Source: a virus | DNA: 64,000 nucleotides | IMG/VR virus record: IMGVR_UViG_3300013006_000018 | Direction: 5' to 3' (one strand) | Shown: one piece after another, positions 19,571 to 30,470 of the stretch | How positions within the stretch are numbered: position 1 is the first letter of the stretch | Layout of the letters: the number at the start of each line of letters is the position of its first letter | Notes under the pieces: model-generated | Databases searched by the model: none | Told to the model about the DNA's origin: nothing | What the model saw: the letters and a program-made list of their open reading frames with translations, nothing else | Program-made: the position numbers and the translations under genes

Positions 19571-21700
19571 TTATACTAATGTCCGGGCTATACCCGATCT
19601 ATAGCTAGCAGTTGATGGTAACTGAGTAGCCGACACTGTACGTCCTCCTTTATTTGCCATAATGATATTATTTGAAGAAAAATCTTTATTTCTTATGTCT
19701 TTTAAGAATGGGGTATGAGATGTAACAGCGTTTAGCTGTTTATTTTGTACTAACAGACTTTCTTTATAGAAATTTTCAAGACTAGAGAATTTCTTGTTTA
19801 ATGATTTAATTTCTTTTATTAACTCTTCGTTTGTTTTATTGGTCTTATTAGCGAAGTTTGCCATTAAGTTATCTACAGGGCCGCCCTTTTTAACAGCAAA
19901 AAATTCATCACTCTTATTAAATTTATAAGCATTTCTTCCAGAGAATAATGTCTTCTCATTAGAGCTTATAAGATCATCTGCTTTATTAACCTTTATATTT
20001 GTCTTCTCTATGGGTGTTTGTTTTTCTAAATTATTAGCAGTATCGGATAGTCGCTTATTGATCGAATCAAAGCTAAGGTAGTTTTGAAATTGTCTTTTCC
20101 AAAAATCCTTAGTTAATACACTCGATAAAAAGTCTTTAAGCTTAAGCCCCATACCGGCTATACCTTCACCTATCATATTACCGAGATTTTGCAATTCCTT
20201 CCCGAGAGAGAAGTTTGTAAAGAAATCTTCTAGTTCTTCACTCCAGTGTTTAAAGAATAATAGTATAGGGCCTTCTTTTTTATCACCAAACATCTTGTCC
20301 CATGCACTACCTATCCAGAATGGTAGGTCAGCAGCAAAAAACTTCAAAGTCATACCGAAAGCTTTATATAGAATTTCAGGTACTGCAGCAAAGGCGAGAC
20401 CAAGCTTATTTAGAGTATCAGGTGCTTCATAGATATTTCTGATTATTGGTTCAAGTTGCTTGAGGGTTAAGAAAGCAAGAGGAAACAATACCCCGCTACT
20501 GAACCACCCTATGGCGTTTAAAGCAATCGTCGTAGCTGCAGCTGTCAGTGTTGCATTATCTACTTTTTCACCCTTAATCTTCTTTTCGACTAATTGCATA
20601 AGGGTATCTACAGATGAAATTAAGGTCCCTATGTAAGGCATCTTTTTCATTATAAAGCCGATGCCGGGTATTTTCTCTAAAGCTTTAACAGCACCCTCTA
20701 GCTTGGAACCTACAAAGGAAAGCGCCTCTCCAGCAGACTTAAACAACTCACTAAATGTTTTTCCGAAACCTTCAAGAGCAATTTGAAATAAAGATTTGGG
20801 CTTATCTATAAGTTTTATTTCTTCTTCAAGAGCTAATATCATTTCGTTAAACTTAAATCCTTCTTTTTTAAATTCTAGAAGTTTTTCCAGGGTGCTGATT
20901 TGCTCTTGTTGGGCTTTAGATATTTCTGCACCATAATCTAAGCCTGTTTTAAATTTTGTTTTCTTAATATACTCAGTCAACTGACCGACATTCATATCAC
21001 GCAGGTATTTTGGTAATTCTTTTATTCTCTGGGTAAAGGTTTTCATTTCTTTCAGGGTATTGAGAAAATTTTCTGTTTGCCATAATTTAGGGGTCTTTAG
21101 ATCCCGCATAAATTTGCCAAATTTTGATTCGCTAATTGTTTTTGCAATATCGCTAAAGACTTGACCTAATTTTGATTCTTTGAATGATTTCCACAAACTA
21201 TCTCGTATATCTTTAAAGATATTCCTAATATTTTTCAGAGCATCTATAGAGTGAAGGTTTGCCCATAAAGCTTTTAATTTCTCCATAATGAAACCTATAA
21301 CACCACCGAGTAATCCCAATATTAAAGCTGCTATAGCACCCCAGATACCTGTTTTCTTATCTTCCAACTGCTTCTTATCAATATTAAATGTAAATAAGTT
21401 TTTTAGAACCTTTTTAAGACTCTTTTGACCATCTAAACTTATACTATCTATGGTAATTGGTACTGCCTGAAAAGCTTTCCTTTTCTGCTTGTAACGCTTC
21501 AAAGCTACATCATCTTTTTTATCACTCGCAAAAAGTTTATCTCTAAGCCGCTCCATTTCTTGCTCTTTCATAGCAGGAGGCAGTTTCTTATTGTCATCAT
21601 GCCCGTTTAGCATTTCGAGCATAGCATCTACCTTGTTATTAATGACTCCTATATTGTCGTTAAGGACATTTAAATTATTATCTAAAGACATGTCGTCCAT
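19571..21700 (-). CDS. tape-measure/gp29-like protein
   Basis: Long helical protein with hydrophobic G/A segments; position in tail module. Confidence 0.55.
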   Translation of the reverse strand: MDDMSLDNNLNVLNDNIGVINNKVDAMLEMLNGHDDNKKLPPAMKEQEMERLRDKLFASDKKDDVALKRYKQKRKAFQAVPITIDSISLDGQKSLKKVLKNLFTFNIDKKQLEDKKTGIWGAIAALILGLLGGVIGFIMEKLKALWANLHSIDALKNIRNIFKDIRDSLWKSFKESKLGQVFSDIAKTISESKFGKFMRDLKTPKLWQTENFLNTLKEMKTFTQRIKELPKYLRDMNVGQLTEYIKKTKFKTGLDYGAEISKAQQEQISTLEKLLEFKKEGFKFNEMILALEEEIKLIDKPKSLFQIALEGFGKTFSELFKSAGEALSFVGSKLEGAVKALEKIPGIGFIMKKMPYIGTLISSVDTLMQLVEKKIKGEKVDNATLTAAATTIALNAIGWFSSGVLFPLAFLTLKQLEPIIRNIYEAPDTLNKLGLAFAAVPEILYKAFGMTLKFFAADLPFWIGSAWDKMFGDKKEGPILLFFKHWSEELEDFFTNFSLGKELQNLGNMIGEGIAGMGLKLKDFLSSVLTKDFWKRQFQNYLSFDSINKRLSDTANNLEKQTPIEKTNIKVNKADDLISSNEKTLFSGRNAYKFNKSDEFFAVKKGGPVDNLMANFANKTNKTNEELIKEIKSLNKKFSSLENFYKESLLVQNKQLNAVTSHTPFLKDIRNKDFSSNNIIMANKGGRTVSATQLPSTASYRSGIARTLV

Positions 21701-21731
21701 AGCTAATAATATTTAACGGAAAGATGTAGGT

Positions 21732-22484
21732 TTATACCGTAAAAAACGTAGCGTCTATATTAAGATCAATAGCTTTGCCATCTTTTATAAAATATTTTGA
21801 TTCAAACTGTTTAACCTCATTTATATATGAAATAATCGCTGTATTAGTGGTTAAAGGTAGTTTTTCTACTATTTGCTTTTTTTGTGTAATGTTTATGTCG
21901 TTAAAATCAATATCTACCGGTGTTTCACCGTTCTTAAACATGACCTTGTCTATATATTTTACTAGTTCGTGTATATACAACTCGCCAATGACTTCTTTTG
22001 TTATTTCATCCTTATCCTCGGTGTTTTGAGTTACCTTTTTTGATTCGTTATTGATAAGTATCTCTTTTTTAAAGTTAGGAATTGCTAGATGTACAGCTAA
22101 CGGACCATCTTCTATAATCTTTGTTCTCAAGACCTGGGGGACAGGTATATTGACCTGATTAATAAAGGATATATCAATTGTTTCATCCTTAACCTTAAGA
22201 ATTGGTGATAGAGATAGTGATCTGAGAGCAGCTATAATATAAAATCTGTCAACTAGTAGAAAATTAATGTTTTGCTCAACAGAACTTTCAGTAATTATAT
22301 CACAAAGTAGGTTTGCAAAAGTAATACCCGCAGCATTCCTATCTAAGACACTTTTAACAACATCTTTCTGTTGTTTTGTGGTAAGTCCTTTAAACTTTAG
22401 TTGGCGATTTAAAGACGGTACAAATATTGAGTACTCTTTACTAAGGGTAGCAAGAAAATCTAACGTCTGATTAAAGTTTTCCAT
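21732..22484 (-). CDS. baseplate hub assembly protein (gp26-like)
   Basis: IFVPSLNRQLKFKGLTTKQQK; C-terminal FF; synteny. Confidence 0.6.
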   Translation of the reverse strand: MENFNQTLDFLATLSKEYSIFVPSLNRQLKFKGLTTKQQKDVVKSVLDRNAAGITFANLLCDIITESSVEQNINFLLVDRFYIIAALRSLSLSPILKVKDETIDISFINQVNIPVPQVLRTKIIEDGPLAVHLAIPNFKKEILINNESKKVTQNTEDKDEITKEVIGELYIHELVKYIDKVMFKNGETPVDIDFNDINITQKKQIVEKLPLTTNTAIISYINEVKQFESKYFIKDGKAIDLNIDATFFTV

Positions 22485-22488
22485 AAAA

Positions 22489-23346
22489 TTACTTAACTAG
22501 CGGTGCTGCTTTTTCAATGGGTATGCTTTTTGATGTAGTATTGTCTTTATTATTCTTGTCATATTCTTGTTCTAACAGATTTTGTAATACTAGATTCTCT
22601 GCTAATGTATTTTTATCAATATAATCGGGGCTGTACTGTGCCTTACTTACTAATACATATTGCAATTCATATAAACTACTTAAATTAGAACTAAATAGCG
22701 CCCTTAACAGCTCTAGCATTGATAGGTCAAACGGTTTTATTGCAATTGGTTGTACTAATTTAAAGTCTAGAACAAGGTTTTCAAAGTCTTTAGATATTTT
22801 AAGTAGGTAGTCTTTGAGGTGTTGAGTTAAGCTTATAGGTAAAGTTTTGTAAAGTTCATTTTTCTCTTCTACTGTAAGATCGTTTACAATAATTTTTGTA
22901 TGACCATGATTGATAGCATGTAGTAATCCAAAATAGGCATCGAACATGTCGTTAAAAATAAATTTATAGGGCAGTCCTAATATAAATTCTATATTATCTA
23001 TGTTAACTACCTCGGTAAATGTAGTTTTCATGTCTAAGCAGTTATTAAGAAACGGGAGAAGAGGGTACTTAAAGTTTGAATTGTCTTTTTTATATTCAAT
23101 ATTGGGTGAGACAGAGAGACATCTAAGCATAAACAGCGCGCAAAACTTATCATAGCCTGTTAATTTGCTAACAATATCTTTTTCTAGTATATTTTCTTTT
23201 AAAATTTCATCAAAATAACTAACAATATGCTCATCCTTATTATTAGTAATAAACTTATTGAGTATCTTGTACTGTAAGAAGCTAAGCTCCTTTATTCTAA
23301 GGTCTAAGTTGAGGGTAGGTGCGTATATATTAGCAAAGAAACTCAT
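22489..23346 (-). CDS. gp26-like hub assembly paralog with possible gp51-like C-terminus
   Basis: DKFCALFMLRCLSVSP; C-terminal LYELQYVLVSKAQYSPDYID...E resembles gp51. Confidence 0.5.
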   Translation of the reverse strand: MSFFANIYAPTLNLDLRIKELSFLQYKILNKFITNNKDEHIVSYFDEILKENILEKDIVSKLTGYDKFCALFMLRCLSVSPNIEYKKDNSNFKYPLLPFLNNCLDMKTTFTEVVNIDNIEFILGLPYKFIFNDMFDAYFGLLHAINHGHTKIIVNDLTVEEKNELYKTLPISLTQHLKDYLLKISKDFENLVLDFKLVQPIAIKPFDLSMLELLRALFSSNLSSLYELQYVLVSKAQYSPDYIDKNTLAENLVLQNLLEQEYDKNNKDNTTSKSIPIEKAAPLVK

Positions 23347-23366
23347 TACAGTAACTTATTACTAGT

Positions 23367-24260
23367 TTAAATAAATCCTATAGGATTAATACTACCGATA
23401 CCATTTTGAAAGGTTGTAACTCTCGGTATAGCTCCTTGCTGTATACGGTTAATGATATCTGAAAGAGCAAGGTAATTGTTGTTTTCAACAGTATAGTTTG
23501 TGTATGTCCAGCGAGTCGCATATGTATCTAACCTTTCACTTTCATATTCGAGTGTTTCTTCCTGTACATTATAGGGTACACAGTTATAGAAAGTCCATAT
23601 CTTGCGGGGTACCATAGAGATGGCTCTTAATGTTCTGGTGTATTGAAATATTTGAATGTTACATTTTATATTTTTATCATCTCTTTTTTCGCCTGTATCT
23701 CCAGGGCGAGCTACCATCCCATAATGGGATGCAAGAATAGTCCAAGGTCTAATAACGAAATCAATAAATGAGGTGTTGGTCTCTCTAAAATCAATAACTA
23801 ATGACGGTGGTTCTGTGCTTCTTCTTCCACCGAGTATACCAGGTAAGTAACCTCTATTGTTTGATATTACGGAAGATTCAGGATCGAAGCTTTCAGTTGG
23901 TATAGTTACTGAGCTTGCAAATAAACAACCAATAACCTTTTGATAAAAAAGACTAGTTAGGAGTGTGGTAGCTGGATTAATGTCAAACCCCCGTTTACCA
24001 CCATCAATTCGTTCTAATCCTTGAATAATGCTTGTACGTAAAGCCTTTGGATAGTTATCAACTACAATAACCCACTGGGTAGATGTCGGAATAGCGGTAA
24101 ACCACGATTCCATTTGCACGAGAAAGTAATCTCGTACACTTATTATTGGTACAGCAGGTAGATTAAAGCCGAATAGATTACCAAACTGCGGAGCAAACGT
24201 GAATTGATTAAAGTTTTGACCAATACCTGCTAGAAAAGAACTATTGGGATCACTTATCAC
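23367..24260 (-). CDS. tail tube-fold protein (gp54-like)
   Basis: Tube-fold pattern (SVTIPTE, IDFRET, WTFYNCVP); follows gp19; GATAAATA promoter. Confidence 0.6.
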   Translation of the reverse strand: MISDPNSSFLAGIGQNFNQFTFAPQFGNLFGFNLPAVPIISVRDYFLVQMESWFTAIPTSTQWVIVVDNYPKALRTSIIQGLERIDGGKRGFDINPATTLLTSLFYQKVIGCLFASSVTIPTESFDPESSVISNNRGYLPGILGGRRSTEPPSLVIDFRETNTSFIDFVIRPWTILASHYGMVARPGDTGEKRDDKNIKCNIQIFQYTRTLRAISMVPRKIWTFYNCVPYNVQEETLEYESERLDTYATRWTYTNYTVENNNYLALSDIINRIQQGAIPRVTTFQNGIGSINPIGFI

Positions 24261-24299
24261 CTAATTATTTATCAGGTAAATTTAGTTTAACCTTGAGGT

Positions 24300-24845
24300 T
24301 TATTGAAGTTTATAGTAATGAAACGCAAGGGTGGCAGTAAACTCTATTGTATCACCTGTTCCAGTGGCAATATTATAGGTTAAAGCCCCTACTTGTCTAG
24401 GAGAAACACCTACTAATTGATACTGCTGGACTCTATTTAATTGGTTATCGAGCTGTACTAGGTCAATAACTGATGTTTGATTGGGGGTAAAGTAGTTACC
24501 AGTACTTGTCGCATCATCAAAGGTATCACGCGTCCATTGTTCAAACTTTTGACGGATCTGTGAGTTTGAATCAGCATAAAACGTTACATCCCATGCTTCA
24601 CTTCCAGGGTAAGTAGCGGTACCAGGAATATTAAAATTAAGTCCCATGTATGGAACCGCAACGTTTGTTATAGCACGGGCTGGTAGTGTTGTTGATTTGA
24701 TATAAACTAGATCGTTATTATCAAAACTAACACCACTTGCTCCACCGGCATTAATGTTTAATACGCGAAAGTTAAAATCACGCGCAAATTCTCTTGAGGT
24801 TGCTACTCTGTAGAAGTCAGTAATAAGTTGATTTACATCGGCCAT
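24300..24845 (-). CDS. gp19: tail tube protein gp19
   Basis: LPAR.I..V.VPYMG....PG.ATY....WDVTFY.D....IRQKFEQW; directly after sheath. Confidence 0.85.
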   Translation of the reverse strand: MADVNQLITDFYRVATSREFARDFNFRVLNINAGGASGVSFDNNDLVYIKSTTLPARAITNVAVPYMGLNFNIPGTATYPGSEAWDVTFYADSNSQIRQKFEQWTRDTFDDATSTGNYFTPNQTSVIDLVQLDNQLNRVQQYQLVGVSPRQVGALTYNIATGTGDTIEFTATLAFHYYKLQ

Positions 24846-24860
24846 AGAATTATTTATCCT

Positions 24861-27146
24861 TTAGGTTACAATCTCCTGGAAGTTTGTACCGGTACGTGTC
24901 GCATAGAAGTTACAAAGGATAAATTCTGCTGTACGAACCGGTTTAACATAGATATCTACAATTAAAGTACCGTCATCAACAATGTCAGGTGTATTATTAC
25001 GTTCATCGCAAATAATGAGATAATCGTATATACCTTGCGTGTTTTTCGCGTTATCAAATATAGGAGTAATTGTATTTATTACATTTGTACGTGTGAATAA
25101 TGTGTTTGGTTCAAACACGAAGAATTTAACAGTATCGCGTGTTCTATTTTCCAAGCTTAAGAACAATCTGCGTACATTAATACGATCGAATACGCTAGGT
25201 TTCTGCTGTAAGGTCTTTTGTCCAAAGATTACAAAGCCTTCTGCAGGGAAGAACGCAACTGGATTAATACCAATCTTATAAAGCTGGTCTCTCTGCTTTT
25301 GCTTTGGATAAAACGCCAGGTCATTCAATCCTGTTACTATACCGCGTGTAAAGCCGGCTGGTGCATACCATGGTTGATATGTTGAGTCTGTATTTGCGAA
25401 GTTTGCAGCTGCAAACCCTGAGAATGGGACCCATATTTGCTGGTTTGTAACAACATCAACGGTGCGACCACAGTTAGCAAATGTACAAACGAAGCTTGAA
25501 TCAATAGCGCTAAACTGGTTACGTAAGGGCCAGTACAGATTTGTTGAAAAGGCCTTAGTGGGGTCATCTAAAGTTTTAACATTCTGCCCTTGTACGAAGA
25601 TGTTTGTAATAGCATCAGCAATAAAAATATGATCTTTGCGCTTGTTACCTGCAAAATTAATAAATTCATTAGCTACTGCCAAGTAGTTTTGTACGACTAC
25701 TGGTAATGTCTGTAGATCTGATGCGCTTAATGCATTGATGGCACCGTAGACTACAGAATCATCAAAGTATGTGTCGGTTAAAGGATTAAAGGAGTTTAAA
25801 TATACAGTACCTAACCCGGCTTCTACTGAAATATTGATTGGATAAACATCAGAATTATCGAGCTTATCAAAGGCCGCTGCTAATTTAGCAGGTACATTAC
25901 CGATTACCTTGGTAGTAAGATCGGTACTTTCGAAATCACCTAAAGCAAACAACGAGTTTGTTGCACCATAAGTCTCAATAAACCCTTGAACCGTGGCTGA
26001 CGGTGCGCCGAGTCTTGTTTCATATGTATCAGATGCTTCTTCTGCAAGCGGTGTTGCCATGCTCTCACTCAAGAAGCGTACCATCTTCGACGGTACACCT
26101 GAAAGATTCAACCAGGTTGTAGTAGCTTTATTGGAAATATAAGGGTTAATGAGCATCGTAACATTGAGCGATGTATCATCAAGATTTTCTAGGAAGAAGC
26201 TTGTTGCGGGTCCACCATTTACGCTATTTATTTGCCTGTAGTTATCAAAAGAGCCTACAAAACTTTCTTCTAAAACATAATCAAGGGCTATTGTATCGGG
26301 TGAAAATACAGATTGACGCAGTTTAAATAAACCAAATACCACTGTATCATTATACTGATTTGTGTAAAGGTTAAATGAAGGTATATTTTCCAGTACTTCC
26401 GATACACTACCAGCAACGCCTGCAGGTGTAGCGCTAAGCGGGAAGTTTAATCTAATACTAGGAATATCGATATAATTATCGATAACGATGTCAGTTGAAT
26501 TAATTGTTTTAATTGCATTAACATCATTAAAAGGGGTTGCGGGGTTTAAATTACTGTTATCAATTATACCGACATAGTAACCTTCATATCTTGAATTGAT
26601 TGACGATTGAGATTTATTGAGTACAATAAGACCTGCAGCACTTAAGGAGGTTACTGTTTCGAACACTCCAACGCCTTTAGTATCTGGTGACCAGTTAAAG
26701 GCATCACCTCTTAAGATATTGAGATATTCAACTTCTGAAAGTTTTAAGTGCGTCGGTTTACCGAAATAATAATGTGAATTTGCTGTTGTAAGGCTTGTGC
26801 TCGAAGCACTGGCGACATACGACACTACAGGGTATACTAAAGCGCTATAATTTTGTGTTGTTCCGACACCTGCGCCGCCACCGTAAGGCAAACGATAGAT
26901 TAATACATCGGCAGGACTTTGGAACACTGCTTTTACAGTGTGGTAGAAATATCTTTCAGCAGCATTTGTAGGTTGTCCGAAAATTTGTTCAAATTGAGAA
27001 AGACTTGCAATCTTAAAGGGTTCTGAAACAGGTCCTTTAGCTGCAAAACCTGGAACAAAGACTGTCGTTGCGGCTGGTCCTATAGCTGCAAGTGAAAGGT
27101 CAACTTCTTTAATTTCAACACCGGGGCTCTGGATCGTACGTGCCAT
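24861..27146 (-). CDS. gp18: tail sheath protein gp18
   Basis: SPGVEIKEVDLS; PWYAPAGFTRG; QRDQLYKIGINP; FGQKTL; FDRINVRRLF; FEPN. Confidence 0.95.
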   Translation of the reverse strand: MARTIQSPGVEIKEVDLSLAAIGPAATTVFVPGFAAKGPVSEPFKIASLSQFEQIFGQPTNAAERYFYHTVKAVFQSPADVLIYRLPYGGGAGVGTTQNYSALVYPVVSYVASASSTSLTTANSHYYFGKPTHLKLSEVEYLNILRGDAFNWSPDTKGVGVFETVTSLSAAGLIVLNKSQSSINSRYEGYYVGIIDNSNLNPATPFNDVNAIKTINSTDIVIDNYIDIPSIRLNFPLSATPAGVAGSVSEVLENIPSFNLYTNQYNDTVVFGLFKLRQSVFSPDTIALDYVLEESFVGSFDNYRQINSVNGGPATSFFLENLDDTSLNVTMLINPYISNKATTTWLNLSGVPSKMVRFLSESMATPLAEEASDTYETRLGAPSATVQGFIETYGATNSLFALGDFESTDLTTKVIGNVPAKLAAAFDKLDNSDVYPINISVEAGLGTVYLNSFNPLTDTYFDDSVVYGAINALSASDLQTLPVVVQNYLAVANEFINFAGNKRKDHIFIADAITNIFVQGQNVKTLDDPTKAFSTNLYWPLRNQFSAIDSSFVCTFANCGRTVDVVTNQQIWVPFSGFAAANFANTDSTYQPWYAPAGFTRGIVTGLNDLAFYPKQKQRDQLYKIGINPVAFFPAEGFVIFGQKTLQQKPSVFDRINVRRLFLSLENRTRDTVKFFVFEPNTLFTRTNVINTITPIFDNAKNTQGIYDYLIICDERNNTPDIVDDGTLIVDIYVKPVRTAEFILCNFYATRTGTNFQEIVT

Positions 27147-27152
27147 ATAAAG

Positions 27153-27160
27153 TATTTATG
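27153..27160 (-). promoter_or_regulatory. late promoter CATAAATA of tail sheath gene
   Basis: 6 nt upstream of ATG 27146; equivalent GATAAATA boxes at 24851-58 and 24266-73. Confidence 0.7.
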
Positions 27161-27190
27161 TTTTTTTGGATAAAGTTTTACAAATTTTTA

Positions 27191-27835
27191 TTACAAGTCT
27201 ATATCTTTTACAAGAGACACGTAAAACTGCGAATAACTAAATGCAAAACTTGTTTCTATTTCAGAACCATCACGGTAATTGAAATTTACACCTCCAAGAA
27301 ATGTCGGAAAAGCCTTATAATATTTAAATTGTACAGTTTTTTTGTTGTATTCGTCCAAGGCATATATAGATATATCCGATCTGTAGTTTAAATTTATATT
27401 GTTTACATTATTATTGTCAGGCTTTGCAATACCATATTCTGCAAGCGCTTGCTTAGTCTTTGTCAGGTCATTTATATCATATGTACCTTCCCTCTCGTCA
27501 TTAAACAAATTTAACCATGTATAAATGACCCAGTAATTATTAAATCTATTATCAACAGTAAAATTTACAACCATAGGCGGATAGGGATTACGACTGTAAC
27601 TGCTTGTTGTAAGTGTTTGGCCACTATAACGAACCGTTGAAGCACTGATCTCTATGTCTGGTACTATAATACCAAAGACTGAAAACTGTAATGTATCGGG
27701 TATAATGATTTCGTTACTTCTAACATCTTTTGTAGAGATTTGTTTTAATGCAGGGGGTACATTAAACGACATTAAAAATTTATCGCGCCGTGACTTATTG
27801 AGAGGGCTCTGATTTAAAGGTGTAAGATCGGGCAT
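27191..27835 (-). CDS. tail completion/tube terminator (gp3-like)
   Basis: VNFTVDNRFNNYWVIYTWL; F.Y.KAFPTFLGGVNF..F.YS. Confidence 0.65.
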   Translation of the reverse strand: MPDLTPLNQSPLNKSRRDKFLMSFNVPPALKQISTKDVRSNEIIIPDTLQFSVFGIIVPDIEISASTVRYSGQTLTTSSYSRNPYPPMVVNFTVDNRFNNYWVIYTWLNLFNDEREGTYDINDLTKTKQALAEYGIAKPDNNNVNNINLNYRSDISIYALDEYNKKTVQFKYYKAFPTFLGGVNFNYRDGSEIETSFAFSYSQFYVSLVKDIDL

Positions 27836-27838
27836 ATA

Positions 27839-29545
27839 TTAATTTAATCTTTTCCACCCTTGAGATTCTAAATCTTGTAGGTCAGTGTTTGCTTCGTCTT
27901 CTCTATTTGGGAGTAAAATCGGTAAAGGCTTATAACCACTACTATCTTTTTCATTATTATACATAGAATCTGGATTAACGAAATATTTCACACCATAATC
28001 TAGGGCGCGTATTTTGAGAGGTTTTTTGTTTGTATCTAACTCAACAACCTCAAAGAACTTTTCTGCTAATTCATTTTCTAGTATTATCAAAGCCCATATT
28101 AAGCTCATGACTCTGTCGTCCTGCATATCAGCACCAGGTTTTGCGGCCCAAGTGCCGTTGGGGTAACGAATAAAATCTCTTAATTCGTTTAAAGTTTTAA
28201 GATCATGAATTTTGACAGCGTTAAGCTCATTTATCCAGTAACGCATATTCATAACACCCTTATATTTGGTATTCGTATGCGCGCTTATTCCGGCCTTTTT
28301 AAATTCAGCTGAGCCAGCCTTGGTGCCGTATGAAACTATATTATCGTAATTTAGAGTAAATTTTAATTGATCAACAACTTGCGCACCACAATTATTTCTT
28401 TCTATCATGGCTAGGGGCGACCCCCAATGCTTGAGAATTTCATGGAGCTTAGAAGTAAAGTTATATGGTGATATCTGTTTGTTGTGATAGGTAGCCACTT
28501 GTTCAATATTCTTTAAGTCCGTAATATCAAATATCTGTACAACACTAGCTGCCTCGCCGACACCTTCACTCACATCAACCCCTACTACATAAATTGATTC
28601 TTGCTTGGGTTCAGCCCATAAAAGATATTTTCCTTCATCATAAATAAATTTCGGTTCAAAGCATTCCGCTTTAAGCTTTTCAAACATGTTGTCATTAATC
28701 GAACTTTCACCTGATTGAAAGAATACATTTCCGTACTCCTGGTCGAACGCGTCCTTGGTGCCTATTGATTTTGTTGTTAATGCTTTCCATTCTTCATCTC
28801 TGCCAGGTATTTCCCACCAATCAACCCGCTCCGCCCTCCAGCCATTTTTTTCCTCAAAAGCACCTGTGTATATTTCATGGAAAAGATTGCCTGTGCCGTT
28901 TGGTGTACTTGCAATAAAGATTTTAGATTTCTTGGAACTCGAAATAATAGGATAAACTGATTTCCAGAATTCTTCTACAAGATGATTATCAATAAACGCC
29001 AACTCGTCGAGGATTACGCAATTTACCGATTCACCTCGACCCGCATCGCTACTAGTTGTTGATATACCAATGCTGCTGCCGTTGCCTAAAGTCATAGAAG
29101 TTTTACCGTACTCTACAGCCCCTGGTTTTAAGTAATTTGGTAGCTGTTCATATGCGATTCTCACGCGTTTAAAAATATTGATCGCGGTCTGCTCTTTATT
29201 AGCTACAATTAATACCCGCTGATCTTCATGAAAACAAGCCAGCCAAAGGGCATATATAGTCATAACCGTTGTTTTACCTATTTGACGCGAAGCTAGTAGA
29301 ACTACAAATCTATTATCTCTTAATGATCTTAATACGCGTTTTTGACAGGAAAACAGTTCAATCTTAATTTTACCTTGGTCGAGATTAACTATGTAGAAAA
29401 AGTTTTCTGCAAAATACAATATATTCTTAGTACATTTTTGTATATCCTTGATCCATTGCGGGTTACTAGCATAATCAAAGGTAGCGGCTGGCCTAGGTAA
29501 ATTAACGTTGCCTAAATAAAATTGTTTTTCATTTTTTGGAGGCAT
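27839..29545 (-). CDS. gp17: terminase large subunit gp17
   Basis: YLGNVNL, ASRQIGKTT, ILDELAF, ASTPNG, GVDVSEG, DDRVM. Confidence 0.95.
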   Translation of the reverse strand: MPPKNEKQFYLGNVNLPRPAATFDYASNPQWIKDIQKCTKNILYFAENFFYIVNLDQGKIKIELFSCQKRVLRSLRDNRFVVLLASRQIGKTTVMTIYALWLACFHEDQRVLIVANKEQTAINIFKRVRIAYEQLPNYLKPGAVEYGKTSMTLGNGSSIGISTTSSDAGRGESVNCVILDELAFIDNHLVEEFWKSVYPIISSSKKSKIFIASTPNGTGNLFHEIYTGAFEEKNGWRAERVDWWEIPGRDEEWKALTTKSIGTKDAFDQEYGNVFFQSGESSINDNMFEKLKAECFEPKFIYDEGKYLLWAEPKQESIYVVGVDVSEGVGEAASVVQIFDITDLKNIEQVATYHNKQISPYNFTSKLHEILKHWGSPLAMIERNNCGAQVVDQLKFTLNYDNIVSYGTKAGSAEFKKAGISAHTNTKYKGVMNMRYWINELNAVKIHDLKTLNELRDFIRYPNGTWAAKPGADMQDDRVMSLIWALIILENELAEKFFEVVELDTNKKPLKIRALDYGVKYFVNPDSMYNNEKDSSGYKPLPILLPNREDEANTDLQDLESQGWKRLN

Positions 29546-29550
29546 ATTAT

Positions 29551-29563
29551 TATAAATATTTAA
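29551..29563. promoter_or_regulatory. overlapping bidirectional late promoter (palindrome TAAATATTTA)
   Basis: TATAAATA on plus 5 nt before GTG 29564; TTAAATA on minus upstream of gp17. Confidence 0.65.
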
Positions 29564-30400
29564 GTGAATACCGCAAATACACTAGTAGACATTGGTTTGT
29601 TATATGAAAAAACAGTTACAAAGAATACACCTTATAGGCCTGCCTATACTTTTAAGAAGGAAACAAATAAGAAAGTAGTTGATGCCAAAACAGACCCCAA
29701 GGCGTTCATAAAAGACACAGGCCCTGAGGCTGCAGAAAATTTTGACAAAGAAGCGCTGGTGGACCCAGAACATGATACAAAAGGCGATAATCATTTTCAG
29801 CCTAAAAAATATTCACAAAATTTAGAGAAAACAGAAGTTAAAAGCATAAATAATTCTATGAACAATAAGTCTATTTTCGATAAACTATACGAGGAAGTGC
29901 TCGGTGGGGAACCTACAGCACATGATGATATGGCTGATGCAGAAGCATTAGACATTAACATCGGTAAAGAAGAAGAAGGCAGCGATGTAACATTTACATT
30001 GCCCCGTGAAGTTGCACAACAACTTTGTGACGTTCTTCATTCTGCTTTAGGAAGTGGTGAAGAAGACATGGATGGTGAAGAAGATTTAGATGGTGGAATG
30101 GATGCCCCCGGCGGCGAACAAAAAGAAGATATGATAGGCGGAGGAGCTGATGTTTCACGTGAAGCTACTGAAATGACAGAATTAAAGCCCTCTGCTGGTG
30201 AATCCTTGATGAAAAAGGACAATAAAGTCCACGGGACAGTATCTAACTTAGTAAGCAAAGGTCATGGAGATGGAAAAGTTACTGATAAGGTAGGCAACGA
30301 TGGTACCTTGGCAGATAGCAAAGGAAAGACACTTACAGGTAAGAACAATAAGGTGGCTGGCAAAGCGTCTAACGTAGGTCAGTATATCTACCAAAAATAA
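29564..30400 (+). CDS. putative prohead core/internal head protein
   Basis: Acidic low-complexity middle, LLYE and KLYEE sites, late promoter; nested start at 29858. Confidence 0.6.
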   Translation: MNTANTLVDIGLLYEKTVTKNTPYRPAYTFKKETNKKVVDAKTDPKAFIKDTGPEAAENFDKEALVDPEHDTKGDNHFQPKKYSQNLEKTEVKSINNSMNNKSIFDKLYEEVLGGEPTAHDDMADAEALDINIGKEEEGSDVTFTLPREVAQQLCDVLHSALGSGEEDMDGEEDLDGGMDAPGGEQKEDMIGGGADVSREATEMTELKPSAGESLMKKDNKVHGTVSNLVSKGHGDGKVTDKVGNDGTLADSKGKTLTGKNNKVAGKASNVGQYIYQK

Positions 30401-30423
30401 ATAGTAAGAATAGACTTAAAAAG

Positions 30424-30455
30424 AAAGAGCCTAACGTAAGTTAGGCTCTTTTTTT
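30424..30455 (+). terminator. rho-independent terminator
   Basis: AAAGAGCCTAAC-GTAA-GTTAGGCTCTTT followed by T-run. Confidence 0.9.
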
Positions 30456-30470
30456 GCTTAAATATATTTG

